Of a stretch of DNA of 50,599 bases, positions 1 to 7,716 are shown piece after piece. Under the pieces are notes generated by a model. The model did not search any database, was not told the DNA's origin, and saw only the letters and a program-made list of their open reading frames with translations. The stretch lies in IMG/VR virus record IMGVR_UViG_3300022562_001204, positions 206,551 to 257,149 of that record; one strand, written 5' to 3'. Origin of the DNA: a virus. Taxonomy: Duplodnaviria; Heunggongvirae; Uroviricota; Caudoviricetes. A program made the position numbers and the translations under genes. Numbering within the stretch: the first letter of the stretch is position 1; each line of letters begins with the position of its first letter.

Positions 1-9
1 AGTGTGTGT

Positions 10-25
10 TCAAGTACAGTATATT
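10..25 (-). promoter_or_regulatory. Putative phage early promoter motif AATATACT-gtact-TGA, driving a gene beyond the left edge
   Basis: Matches the RATATAYT-N5-TGA motif repeated at 1118, 1697 and 7642. Lies just downstream of a terminator. Confidence 0.6.
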
Positions 26-55
26 TGAACAACAAAAAATAAGAAGGTGGCTTAA

Positions 56-79
56 ACCCCTAGCCCGTAGGCTAGGGGT
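56..79 (-). terminator. Intrinsic terminator after the DHH gene
   Basis: 10-bp stem acccctagcc/ggctaggggt with a c(UACG)g loop on the minus strand, followed by a U-rich tract. Confidence 0.75.
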
Positions 80-86
80 GGGGGTA

Positions 87-1067
87 TTAAGCAGATTGTC
101 TTGAAACCAAAACCATACCACGGAACCGCAGGTCCATACGGACCACATAACCATTCGCTGGGCACCATTCGTTAACGAAGGCGTCCAGAACTGGGCGGAG
201 ATGTGTCCGACAGGCCAACAGGTTGGACGTCTTTAACGTCCCGCCGTCCAGCGTGATCAGACACGGGAACCCCAGGTAAGCGGCAGCCTCCGACAGCAAC
301 TTGGAGTCTGCTCCCGACAGCACCAGGGCACTCTTCCCGAGTCCTTTGAGAGACGAGACATCTAGCCTCTCCCAGTACTCAGGACCCAGGTCCCTCATAT
401 AGAGAGTCTTCTTGAGGAGGTTCTCCTCCATCTCCTCGGCTGTCACCGAGTTGATGTTCCCCAACACCCTACACCGGTGTTTGAAGAGCTCCTCCGGGTC
501 CACCCCGGGTACCCGACCCCGGTACGCCGCGCAGAGACAGTGATCAGCTGCTGCGACATTGACGAACGCCTGGGGGATCTTAACCCAGACTACCTCCTTA
601 CCACGCTGGGTGGAGACCACCCAGCCATCCAGGGGATGGTGTTTCATAGTCCCTGTAGGCGCTACGGTTGACTCCGCAAACACCTGTTTCCATGGCAGCT
701 CCACGCCCAGTTTCGCCATGACGGCGATCAGCTGACCGATCGAGCTACCGTGGAGCGCCTGGGATGGAGGTACCTCCCATCCTCCATCCCCAAGGTAATG
801 GTGATCTACCTTGACGACGACCCCCTCCCACAGGAGGTTTTCTGGTGGGTTGCATTCCACCAGTACGACAACCTCTGTCCCAGACGGGACAGAGGTACGC
901 GTCCCCTCATCAGTGATCAACTCACAAGACCCGTAGGCCTGGTGAGCCTTTACCCTCTTCCCTTCGACGCCCGCATAGCCGAAGGGAATATTGAACCGAG
1001 CCAGGATGGCCCGGATGGATGACATCTCGACGTCAGAAGCGCCGAGCACCACATACAGCTGTTTCAT
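87..1067 (-). CDS. DHH-motif phosphoesterase-like protein (NrN-like), ~326 aa
   Basis: Start moved to ATG 1067 (MKQLYVVLG), which has a GGGAG RBS and lies downstream of the promoter motif. Motifs: LGASDVEM, VEC, VDHH, SSIGQ, AAADH. Confidence 0.6.
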   Translation of the reverse strand: MKQLYVVLGASDVEMSSIRAILARFNIPFGYAGVEGKRVKAHQAYGSCELITDEGTRTSVPSGTEVVVLVECNPPENLLWEGVVVKVDHHYLGDGGWEVPPSQALHGSSIGQLIAVMAKLGVELPWKQVFAESTVAPTGTMKHHPLDGWVVSTQRGKEVVWVKIPQAFVNVAAADHCLCAAYRGRVPGVDPEELFKHRCRVLGNINSVTAEEMEENLLKKTLYMRDLGPEYWERLDVSSLKGLGKSALVLSGADSKLLSEAAAYLGFPCLITLDGGTLKTSNLLACRTHLRPVLDAFVNEWCPANGYVVRMDLRFRGMVLVSRQSA

Positions 1068-1117
1068 ACCGTCTCCCAGTTGGTACGTACCGCTGTGAAG
1101 GTGAGAATCCCATATCC

Positions 1118-1133
1118 TCAAGTGAAGTATATC
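1118..1133 (-). promoter_or_regulatory. Putative early promoter GATATACT-tcact-TGA
   Basis: Repeated intergenic motif ~50 nt upstream of ATG 1067. Confidence 0.65.
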
Positions 1134-1149
1134 TAACTGAAAAAAATTA

Positions 1150-1697
1150 AGAAGCAAAATGCCTGGTGGGCGAAGCCGAAGCCTCGCCCACCGTGCACGG
1201 TGCTGATGAACTTCAAGATAAACTATCCGACACGAACTGCTAAACGCAGAAACCAAGACGTATCCCCCGTCTGGCTGTCCATCCATCAGCAACCTAGCGG
1301 TCCACAGTGTCCGTCATCCGAAGTGGTAAAAGGAGTAAAACCCATTCGGACGACTAGGCATGTGAACACACGTATGGCGGGTTCCTTGGCGAGAGAGGCG
1401 CACCTTTTAGGCGAGAGACGTCTCTGAGAGCGGAAAGGGTCGACCACTGTGTCGACAAGGAACCCATGAAAAGGCGGAGCTACTGGCGTACTCCAATGTT
1501 TAACACCGATCTCGACGAGCGTCTGGGGCGGGATGCTCGGAAACCATGACACGTCACAGGCCAAGGGAGAGAAGCCTGTATTGACGTGAAGCCCGAGGGG
1601 GATGGGGGAGCCCGGGCAATGGTAGATGATCGGTGGTGCCAGCGTCTAATCCCTTCGGAGTAGACCAAACCATTCGGAGAATCCAGAGACTCTCCTT
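1150..1697 (-). ncRNA. Candidate large structured non-coding RNA (~540 nt)
   Basis: No credible ORF. Flanked by a promoter motif (1697-1712) and a c(UUCG)g hairpin plus U-rich tract. Nested helices include 1201-1208/1284-1291, 1379-1388/1456-1465, 1504-1511/1628-1635 and 1550-1556/1582-1588. A-C mismatches on + read as G-U pairs on -. Confidence 0.65.
1165..1192 (-). terminator. 3' hairpin/terminator of the candidate ncRNA
   Basis: Minus strand reads GGUGGGCGAGGC-UUCG-GCUUCGCCCACC, followed by AGGCAUUUUGCUUCUUAAUUUUUUU. Confidence 0.65.
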
Positions 1698-1712
1698 CAT
1701 ACTAAGTATATT
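1697..1712 (-). promoter_or_regulatory. Putative early promoter AATATACT-tagta-TGA, driving the ncRNA region
   Basis: Repeated motif with no RBS/ORF combination downstream. Confidence 0.65.
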
Positions 1713-1725
1713 CTGCTGTACTTTT

Positions 1726-3372
1726 TTACGAAGGGGATGCGAGTGCTTCTCGACGCATGGCCAGGATAGCTGTTGTCTGCACCAGGGCAGGACGACGATA
1801 CTCGATCCGAATCTTGTTCAGCAGCGCCTGGGAGATGCAATCGTAGTTGGTCAGGAAGCTGTCCTGGGAAACCGAGCTGCCAGAACCATAGTTCTGGTAC
1901 GCCTCCCTCCCCGTGAGGACACGGTAGATATAGGAGAAGTCGCACTTGGTTACGTAGGGCAGGTCTCCGATTCCGTTCAGCTCCGGTATCCCCATGATGC
2001 CCTGGTTGATGGCACAGACCACTTTATACAGAACCTTGGGATACTGACGGAGTCGCTCGATGGCGGCTGGCGCCACCATGTCCAGGTCGCAGAGTACTGA
2101 GAACCGTACCCGATACTGGTACCGGATGTTCAGGTCCTGAGTCGATGAAAGCATCAATCCTGAGTTGACCGTGAAGCGGTTGTGGCTTTGGAGCTGTCGG
2201 TTCTGGTAAACACTCAGGTTGAAGATCGATAGGTAGGGGGAGGTCAGGTAGGGATACTCGACTTCCTCCAGGAACTGCATGACGTCTGGGTCGATCATGG
2301 CATCGCCCAGCTCGTGGAGATCGACCAGATCCTTAAGGTTATCTGTGGAGATCGTGCAGAGCGCCTGGAGAATCCCTGAGGATTTACCGGTGAAGCCCTC
2401 TGGCCAGAAGTCATCGAACTGAGGGATACGGATGGGTCCGTTGTTCGGTTTAGCCGCGCAACCCTCGTAATCCTGACGGAAGTGCATCATGGCAATCTGT
2501 GACATACTGCCGCTCAAAGCGGTTGTCAGGAAAGCAGGGGGTTCTGCGGCGTAGTCCAGCCACTCGACCGGCATCGGCAGGTTGTGGACCACGATGGGGT
2601 ACTTCAGGGTCGTACCGATCGGCTTGTCGTAGTCGAAGGTGTAGTCGAACCCAATCTCCCACATACCCGTATCGGCATCTCGGGTGGGTTCCTCGGGGAC
2701 AGCCTCAAAGCTGTATTTCCCGTAGATCTCACCTTGCTTCTCAGCGACGGCGTAGATAGATGTCCCGCCAGTGACCACACCGACCTTGGTCAGGCGTGGG
2801 GTAGCATTGGCTTCGAAGTACGTCTCAAAGTCAGTCCCATACCCACCCTGGGTCTCTCGAAGCTCCCAGGCCTTGTAGATAATCCCGAAGAGACGGCTAT
2901 CCACATTAAACTGGTAGTGGATGACGTGAGCATTCAGTCCTCTTAGGCGGGATACCGCCATTCGCATCTCCTGGTACCAGCGCTGGGCCTCAGTTTTACT
3001 GGGGCACCGGTAGGAGAACGTGATCGTGACGTTATGCTTGGCGTAGATCGGTGTCAATCGTAGGCCGATGTAGATGTCCTCGAAGACAGCCGGGTACTCC
3101 TTACCATCAAAGAAGGTCGGGCTGAGGGTATCCTCATCCACCTCCTCCTTGACCACCACGAAGTTGTTTCGGGAAGACTCCATCTTGATATAGCGGTCTT
3201 CCATCTTGTCGATCGTACCCCCGACCGAACTCATCTTCTCCCCGTCACCCGGGAAGTAGACGGGACAGTCCTTCATCTGGGTGATCTTTTGCACCTGCTT
3301 GATGACCTCAATGGCCGCAGGTCGGGAGATGTTCTGAGTGCTCTCAGGGAGCGGGACATGGACGTTCGGCAT
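1726..3372 (-). CDS. Conserved phiKZ-like virion structural protein, 548 aa
   Basis: Long ORF with phage codon bias. The N-terminus (PLPESTQNISRP..IEVIKQ) resembles conserved jumbo-phage virion proteins as recalled. Confidence 0.55.
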   Translation of the reverse strand: MPNVHVPLPESTQNISRPAAIEVIKQVQKITQMKDCPVYFPGDGEKMSSVGGTIDKMEDRYIKMESSRNNFVVVKEEVDEDTLSPTFFDGKEYPAVFEDIYIGLRLTPIYAKHNVTITFSYRCPSKTEAQRWYQEMRMAVSRLRGLNAHVIHYQFNVDSRLFGIIYKAWELRETQGGYGTDFETYFEANATPRLTKVGVVTGGTSIYAVAEKQGEIYGKYSFEAVPEEPTRDADTGMWEIGFDYTFDYDKPIGTTLKYPIVVHNLPMPVEWLDYAAEPPAFLTTALSGSMSQIAMMHFRQDYEGCAAKPNNGPIRIPQFDDFWPEGFTGKSSGILQALCTISTDNLKDLVDLHELGDAMIDPDVMQFLEEVEYPYLTSPYLSIFNLSVYQNRQLQSHNRFTVNSGLMLSSTQDLNIRYQYRVRFSVLCDLDMVAPAAIERLRQYPKVLYKVVCAINQGIMGIPELNGIGDLPYVTKCDFSYIYRVLTGREAYQNYGSGSSVSQDSFLTNYDCISQALLNKIRIEYRRPALVQTTAILAMRREALASPS

Positions 3373-3397
3373 AGGGGGTTCCAGGCCGTAATGGGAT

Positions 3398-3742
3398 CTA
3401 CAAGATCGTAGATGCGTATTCGTAAAACCCGATCAACACCGGTGGCTTATTGAAATAGAGGTTTGGACGGTACACCGGGGAGTAGGTCTTAGCGCCAATC
3501 ATCCCCAGAAGGTTAGCGACCTCCATGGCCAACGGTGGGAAGCCGTTCACATAGAAGGACATCCATCCTTCCCGGAGACCAATATCGGCAATGCGTTCAG
3601 CTCTTGTAAAAAGGGTGTATCCTGACGGGACCGTATGGAACTGCCAGGCTAATTCGAGCTCCAGCCTCGTATTCTCCGGCGGATCCTGCACGCCGTGGCT
3701 CAACTCGAGGATTGAAGTCAGATCTCCAGTGAGGTTGAGCAT
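3398..3742 (-). CDS. Hypothetical protein, ~114 aa
   Basis: ATG 3742 (MLNLTG) is preceded by GGAG and fills the gap between a terminator and the next gene. Confidence 0.6.
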   Translation of the reverse strand: MLNLTGDLTSILELSHGVQDPPENTRLELELAWQFHTVPSGYTLFTRAERIADIGLREGWMSFYVNGFPPLAMEVANLLGMIGAKTYSPVYRPNLYFNKPPVLIGFYEYASTIL

Positions 3743-3765
3743 CCCAGTTCTCCAAAAAAAAAACA

Positions 3766-3797
3766 ATCAGGCCTGGGGAGCGATCCCTAGGCCTGAT
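3766..3797 (-). terminator. Intrinsic terminator
   Basis: Stem atcaggcctgggga/tccctaggcctgat, followed on the minus strand by a long T run. Confidence 0.8.
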
Positions 3798-3817
3798 GTG
3801 ATCAACTTACTTGTTTT

Positions 3818-4330
3818 TCACTTTCGTTGCGCCCTCACACACGATGTCTGGTCGACTTCTTCCAGAGCGAAGGTGATGTTTTTGGGATGATTGGGATTGT
3901 TTCCGAAGCGCTGGCTGAGCTTCACGCCTTTGGAAGTGTACCGAATGACGTAACTGCCATCATTGAAGATATCGCCGGATTCGATATGCTCCTTGATTTG
4001 TCCTCGGTAATTGTAGCGGACCACGTAGCTGGATCGATGTCGCGGATTCCCTGCCGCGATCTTCTGAATCAGACGCCCTTCCTCATCATAGCGGAATACG
4101 CATGAGTGCGGGTGGCGCGGGTCCTCAGCATAACAGCGTCGGATCTCCTGTCCTCGACTGTTTCGCTCGATGGTATAGCTCTCAGGGTGAAACGTATCAG
4201 CCGCCACCGTCAATGCGCACACGCCGAATGCGTCGTACTTGTACGTCATTGAACGGTCGCTTCTCGGATTCCTGTTGTGCAGAATCTCGATGATCCGTTG
4301 ATTTTTGTCCCTGTATACCTTCTCAAGCAT
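3818..4330 (-). CDS. YD/RHS-like beta-hairpin repeat protein, 170 aa
   Basis: Six ~25-aa repeats of the form Y-[DN]-x-x-G-x8-[DN]-P-x-H-x-x-S. RBS GGGAG. Confidence 0.7.
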   Translation of the reverse strand: MLEKVYRDKNQRIIEILHNRNPRSDRSMTYKYDAFGVCALTVAADTFHPESYTIERNSRGQEIRRCYAEDPRHPHSCVFRYDEEGRLIQKIAAGNPRHRSSYVVRYNYRGQIKEHIESGDIFNDGSYVIRYTSKGVKLSQRFGNNPNHPKNITFALEEVDQTSCVRAQRK

Positions 4331-4377
4331 TGTTATCTCCCTACCCTGTGTTTCATCACTGAAAAGTACTTCATACC

Positions 4378-4415
4378 ACTGAGAGACCAGGGAGGAAATT
4401 CCCTGGTCTCTCAGT
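4378..4415. terminator. Hairpin after the head protein gene (GCATA-hairpin class)
   Basis: 16-bp perfect stem actgagagaccaggga/tccctggtctctcagt with no U-tract. Confidence 0.6.
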
Positions 4416-4420
4416 ATGCT

Positions 4421-5833
4421 TTATGCCTCGGCTGAGGGCTCCACACCCAATGCCTTGGCACAGAGGTCTGCGTAGTGGACGGCTGCGCGAACCCCTGTAA
4501 TCGATTTCCTGGGGAGATCCAGGTTCAACAACTTCATTGCTTTCACCATGGACTGAGAGATCACACTCATGACCTTGGTGTAGTCGGACAGCTTGATGTG
4601 TCCTTGGTTGGTCATGACCTTCTCGGAATTGGTGGGGAGGTCCCCAGACATTCCCTTCATGGCAACCTTGATGGCATCCTGAAGGTCGCTCATGACCCTC
4701 TGGGTGTCTTTGCGATCTCCGATGGACTTACGGAGACCTTTGATAGCGATTTTCAGTATCTGAATATAATTCTTCAACTGGTTTGGGTTCATGGCCTCGA
4801 CCTCGATACCCTCGGGGTTCTCAACCTCGATGGGTTCCAGATCGTAGGTCACGCTTGTGATTTTGGTGAAACCGTACTCACCATGGGTGTTCTTGTTCCT
4901 GGCAGCCTGGTTCTTATCGACCGAGCTCACCAGGACAGTACCGCCCACCAGAGGGCCGACCAAGGTCGTGTTGCTGGAGTTGGTTCCCTTACGGAAGATC
5001 GCATCCGACACCTTGGTCGAGGTCTTGAAGGTACCAGCACCCTGGACCAGCTTGGTCAGCATGGTCTGAATCTCGGAGTAGACGGCGGAGAGCTTCTCCT
5101 CACTCATCTGCTGCGGATCCTTGAAGAAGGTGACTGTGGCGTCCAGGGTACCCTTGACCACGTTCTGGTTGTCGTAGATCCGAGCCGTGTTCTTGATGCT
5201 CTGGATGATCGTATCGGCCGTCACCGTACCGGCGTAGCCATAGACCCGAGCGACAGACCCCGCATTTTCCAGGTTCTTCATACCCAGAGACCCAGTGGAG
5301 GGGATGTTCTTCTCCAGGGTATCAAGGTGCTTCTCCATGGCGATGAAGTGGCGATCAATACCCAGGATGAAGTCACTCACCATGGAGCCGATCTTCTTGA
5401 GCATCTCGATCAGTCGCTCAAAGATCGCCTTGACAGTCTCCACAAAGGAGGCTTCCAGGGAGATCGACCGGTTCTTGACCGGGTGGGACTCCAGCGAGAA
5501 GGCTGGAATGGTCTTCTTTGAAGCTCCCAGACGTTCCCGGATGGACTCCATGATCACGCCGACCATCTGAACCGTGGCGTCATCGACACCATTCTCGGCA
5601 CCTTCGATGACATTCATGGTCTGGGCGATCTCATCCGTCGCCATATCGGCAGCTTCGATACCCTCATGGGCACCTGCCAGCTCGTCCTCATTGGGGAGCT
5701 CGATATCTTCATCGGCGATGTCCATGAGCTCCGCAGTTTCTTCTTCCGAGATCTCGTCCTGGGTAAGCCCGTCATCCTCGACTGGTTCGACCTCTCCGAA
5801 GGACTCGACGGCAAATAACGCTCTGTGTCTCAT
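4421..5833 (-). CDS. phiKZ-like internal head (ejection) protein, 470 aa
   Basis: Very acidic N-terminal propeptide with S/A-x-E protease sites (AVES, FSLES, ISLEA), followed by the typical amphipathic helix VKAIFERLIEMLKKI. Confidence 0.75.
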   Translation of the reverse strand: MRHRALFAVESFGEVEPVEDDGLTQDEISEEETAELMDIADEDIELPNEDELAGAHEGIEAADMATDEIAQTMNVIEGAENGVDDATVQMVGVIMESIRERLGASKKTIPAFSLESHPVKNRSISLEASFVETVKAIFERLIEMLKKIGSMVSDFILGIDRHFIAMEKHLDTLEKNIPSTGSLGMKNLENAGSVARVYGYAGTVTADTIIQSIKNTARIYDNQNVVKGTLDATVTFFKDPQQMSEEKLSAVYSEIQTMLTKLVQGAGTFKTSTKVSDAIFRKGTNSSNTTLVGPLVGGTVLVSSVDKNQAARNKNTHGEYGFTKITSVTYDLEPIEVENPEGIEVEAMNPNQLKNYIQILKIAIKGLRKSIGDRKDTQRVMSDLQDAIKVAMKGMSGDLPTNSEKVMTNQGHIKLSDYTKVMSVISQSMVKAMKLLNLDLPRKSITGVRAAVHYADLCAKALGVEPSAEA

Positions 5834-5861
5834 AGCACTCTCTGGGTAGTGGTAGTACGTA

Positions 5862-6443
5862 TCAGAAAATACAGGTTACTATCTCGGGGTTGTTAATCTC
5901 CCTGAGCACGTGTTCCATACTGTACCCCAGGGCTTTCAGGTACTTCCCCATCTGTCCAATACTGAGACTGTTATTTCGATTTTCAAGAATATTGAGTTCT
6001 AGGGTGCGGATAGTGCGATCACTCAACCCTGACTTCCGAGCCACTTCCGCCACAGACAGACTCAATTTACGCCGTACCGCTACTGTGACACGAAACCACG
6101 GACTGTGAGACCAGGTCATGGGGTGCACGGGGTCTCGATGGTAGAGCTTCCCCACCTGGGTGGTTCCGTAGATGTCGGAACCATAGTCGCAGTCATCATT
6201 GGCGTACAGGTAGATGAAACTCCTGTGGTTCTTTGGGTTTTGGTTGACCACCCGCTCGTGGGGACGGTTCCTGCTATCGTAGTGTTCCACCCAGCTCCCG
6301 TAGTGCTTGGGATCCTCTGCGTAGGTCCTGGAGGTCTCCCGACCGTTTCGGTCCCAGGTCGACCGATATGACCCAGGGTCCCTGGGATTCTTGTTTATGA
6401 CGACCGATGTCACATGGCCTTGAGCGTTCTTGTAGATGCGCAT
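5862..6443 (-). CDS. YD-like repeat protein fused to a C-terminal XRE-type HTH, 193 aa
   Basis: Repeats shared with 3818..4330 (RTYAEDPKHYGS vs RCYAEDPRHPHS). C-terminus is RRKLSLSVAEVARKSGLSDRTIRTLE...SIGQMGKYLKALG. RBS GAGGAG. Confidence 0.7.
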   Translation of the reverse strand: MRIYKNAQGHVTSVVINKNPRDPGSYRSTWDRNGRETSRTYAEDPKHYGSWVEHYDSRNRPHERVVNQNPKNHRSFIYLYANDDCDYGSDIYGTTQVGKLYHRDPVHPMTWSHSPWFRVTVAVRRKLSLSVAEVARKSGLSDRTIRTLELNILENRNNSLSIGQMGKYLKALGYSMEHVLREINNPEIVTCIF

Positions 6444-6475
6444 CTGGGTGTACTCCTCTTATATAGACAAAAAAA

Positions 6476-6502
6476 AGAGATAGGGGACGAACCCCTATCT
6501 CT
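6476..6502 (-). terminator. Intrinsic terminator
   Basis: 11-bp stem agagatagggg/cccctatctct with a T run on the minus strand. Confidence 0.8.
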
Positions 6503-6511
6503 CTTGGAACG

Positions 6512-7294
6512 CTACCGCTTGCGTTCCAGACCAGCGACATCGATCGGGTTGTCGATCCAGTGGATCAATTTCCCGTCAATGTCGATCTCTCTCACATGCC
6601 CGGCAGTCAGGTGAGAGAGGAACTCCTCGAACCCCTCGACAGTGAAGGGCGGTTCCTTGTAAAGGGACCCCAAGAACAGGTCAATTACTCCTTTGACATC
6701 GAAGAGCTCATTCTCGGTGATGTCATCACCGAGCGCGCGCTTGAGTGCGACCATGACCATGTCGTGAGCCACCTCGCTTGACATGTCAAACATCCCTTCC
6801 GCAACTTCCCGGGTGTGAGAGGATATACCGCGGGCGAGTTCGACGATCTCGGGTACCAGCCCCTCAAGTTCCTCGATGGTCATGTCCTTCGTAAAGGACT
6901 TGAACTCATCCCAGGTCATTTCTGGACTCAGTTCGACTTTCTTGTCGATGATGAGCTTGATGACCTCATCAAGCTTGAAGCCCTCCGTGTAGACCACGGA
7001 GTCGAGGAGACGCTCGTGCGTCTCCTCGACGTAACCCTCACCCAAACTGGGAACAGGGTTTGTTTTGGCATCACCATCGGCTTCGGACCAACTTGTGTCG
7101 AACTCCGTGTAGCCGGAGAATGCCGAGAACTCCGGCAACTGCACCGGAGTGGTGTTGCGGAGGACCATGGAGAGGTCCCCCTCCAGGAGGCGGCGACCCG
7201 CCTCCTGGTTGTACTGTTTCCTCTCCGCTCGGCGTTCAGCACCTCGGTGAAACGGGGCCTTGACCTTACTGCAAACATTCTTAAACATACCCAT
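6512..7294 (-). CDS. Hypothetical protein, 260 aa (basic N-terminus, acidic body)
   Basis: ORF with a GGAG RBS and phage codon bias. Confidence 0.7.
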   Translation of the reverse strand: MGMFKNVCSKVKAPFHRGAERRAERKQYNQEAGRRLLEGDLSMVLRNTTPVQLPEFSAFSGYTEFDTSWSEADGDAKTNPVPSLGEGYVEETHERLLDSVVYTEGFKLDEVIKLIIDKKVELSPEMTWDEFKSFTKDMTIEELEGLVPEIVELARGISSHTREVAEGMFDMSSEVAHDMVMVALKRALGDDITENELFDVKGVIDLFLGSLYKEPPFTVEGFEEFLSHLTAGHVREIDIDGKLIHWIDNPIDVAGLERKR

Positions 7295-7358
7295 GGCTCT
7301 CTCCTAGGGTGGTGGACCCCGCAGGGTCCTAAATACGGCTGTTAGTTAGAATTGCGAC

Positions 7359-7589
7359 TTACGCCGCGACAGACAAAATGCTACACTGGAACGGATCAAA
7401 CCGTTCCACCTCCAACCTGCAGCGCTGGAGGTCCTCGAGACTGGGGCTATCCCCCAGAACGAGGTCGACAAACTTCTCGGCCTTGGCGACGCACTCGGCA
7501 TCGCTCATGGCCTCATTGGCGTCGCCGATACGTCCGGCGACGACAAGAACTAATGAACTCGTGATCATCCCCACATACTGCTTATCCAT
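7359..7589 (-). CDS. Small hypothetical protein, ~76 aa
   Basis: ATG 7589 (MDKQYVG) with a GGGAG RBS, downstream of the promoter motif at 7642. Confidence 0.55.
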   Translation of the reverse strand: MDKQYVGMITSSLVLVVAGRIGDANEAMSDAECVAKAEKFVDLVLGDSPSLEDLQRCRLEVERFDPFQCSILSVAA

Positions 7590-7641
7590 GACGTTCTCCC
7601 GATCGTCTTGGTTGATGTTTAAAGAGATGGGCCCATCCATC

Positions 7642-7657
7642 TCACGTAGAATATATC
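7642..7657 (-). promoter_or_regulatory. Putative early promoter GATATATT-ctacg-TGA
   Basis: Repeated motif immediately after a terminator. Resembles the phiKZ early consensus TATATTAC. Confidence 0.65.
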
Positions 7658-7678
7658 TGCTTAAAAACAAATAGAAAG

Positions 7679-7710
7679 GCCTAGAGAGTCGGTTTCCCGA
7701 CTCTCTAGGC
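7679..7710 (-). terminator. Terminator after the protease gene
   Basis: 14-bp stem with a GAAA loop on the minus strand, then a U-rich tract. Preceded by GACATA. Confidence 0.8.
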
Positions 7711-7716
7711 TCTATG

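Noticed and set aside
1068-1292. N-terminal extension of the 401-aa ORF
   Set aside because: It runs across a promoter motif, a terminator and the structured RNA. ATG 1067 has a good RBS.
1200-1668. Short ORFs 1200..1427, 1286..1564 and 1480..1668
   Set aside because: No convincing RBS or codon bias, and the region is better explained by RNA structure.
1150-1697. tmRNA, RNase P RNA, tRNA or self-splicing intron (CCACCA appears near the 3' end)
   Set aside because: No T-arm GGUUCGA, no RNase P GAGGAAAGUCC and no interrupted host gene. The CCA is paired within the terminal stem.
4355-4372. Weak promoter-like AAGTACTT-ttcag-TGA upstream of 3818..4330
   Set aside because: Lacks the ATATA core and is too divergent to call.
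4475-5521. Long antisense ORFs (also 9176..10120, 13462..14325, 15780..16829, 21272..22012, 22052..22783)
   Set aside because: Shadow frames opposite well-supported genes, produced by GC-rich third-position codon bias.
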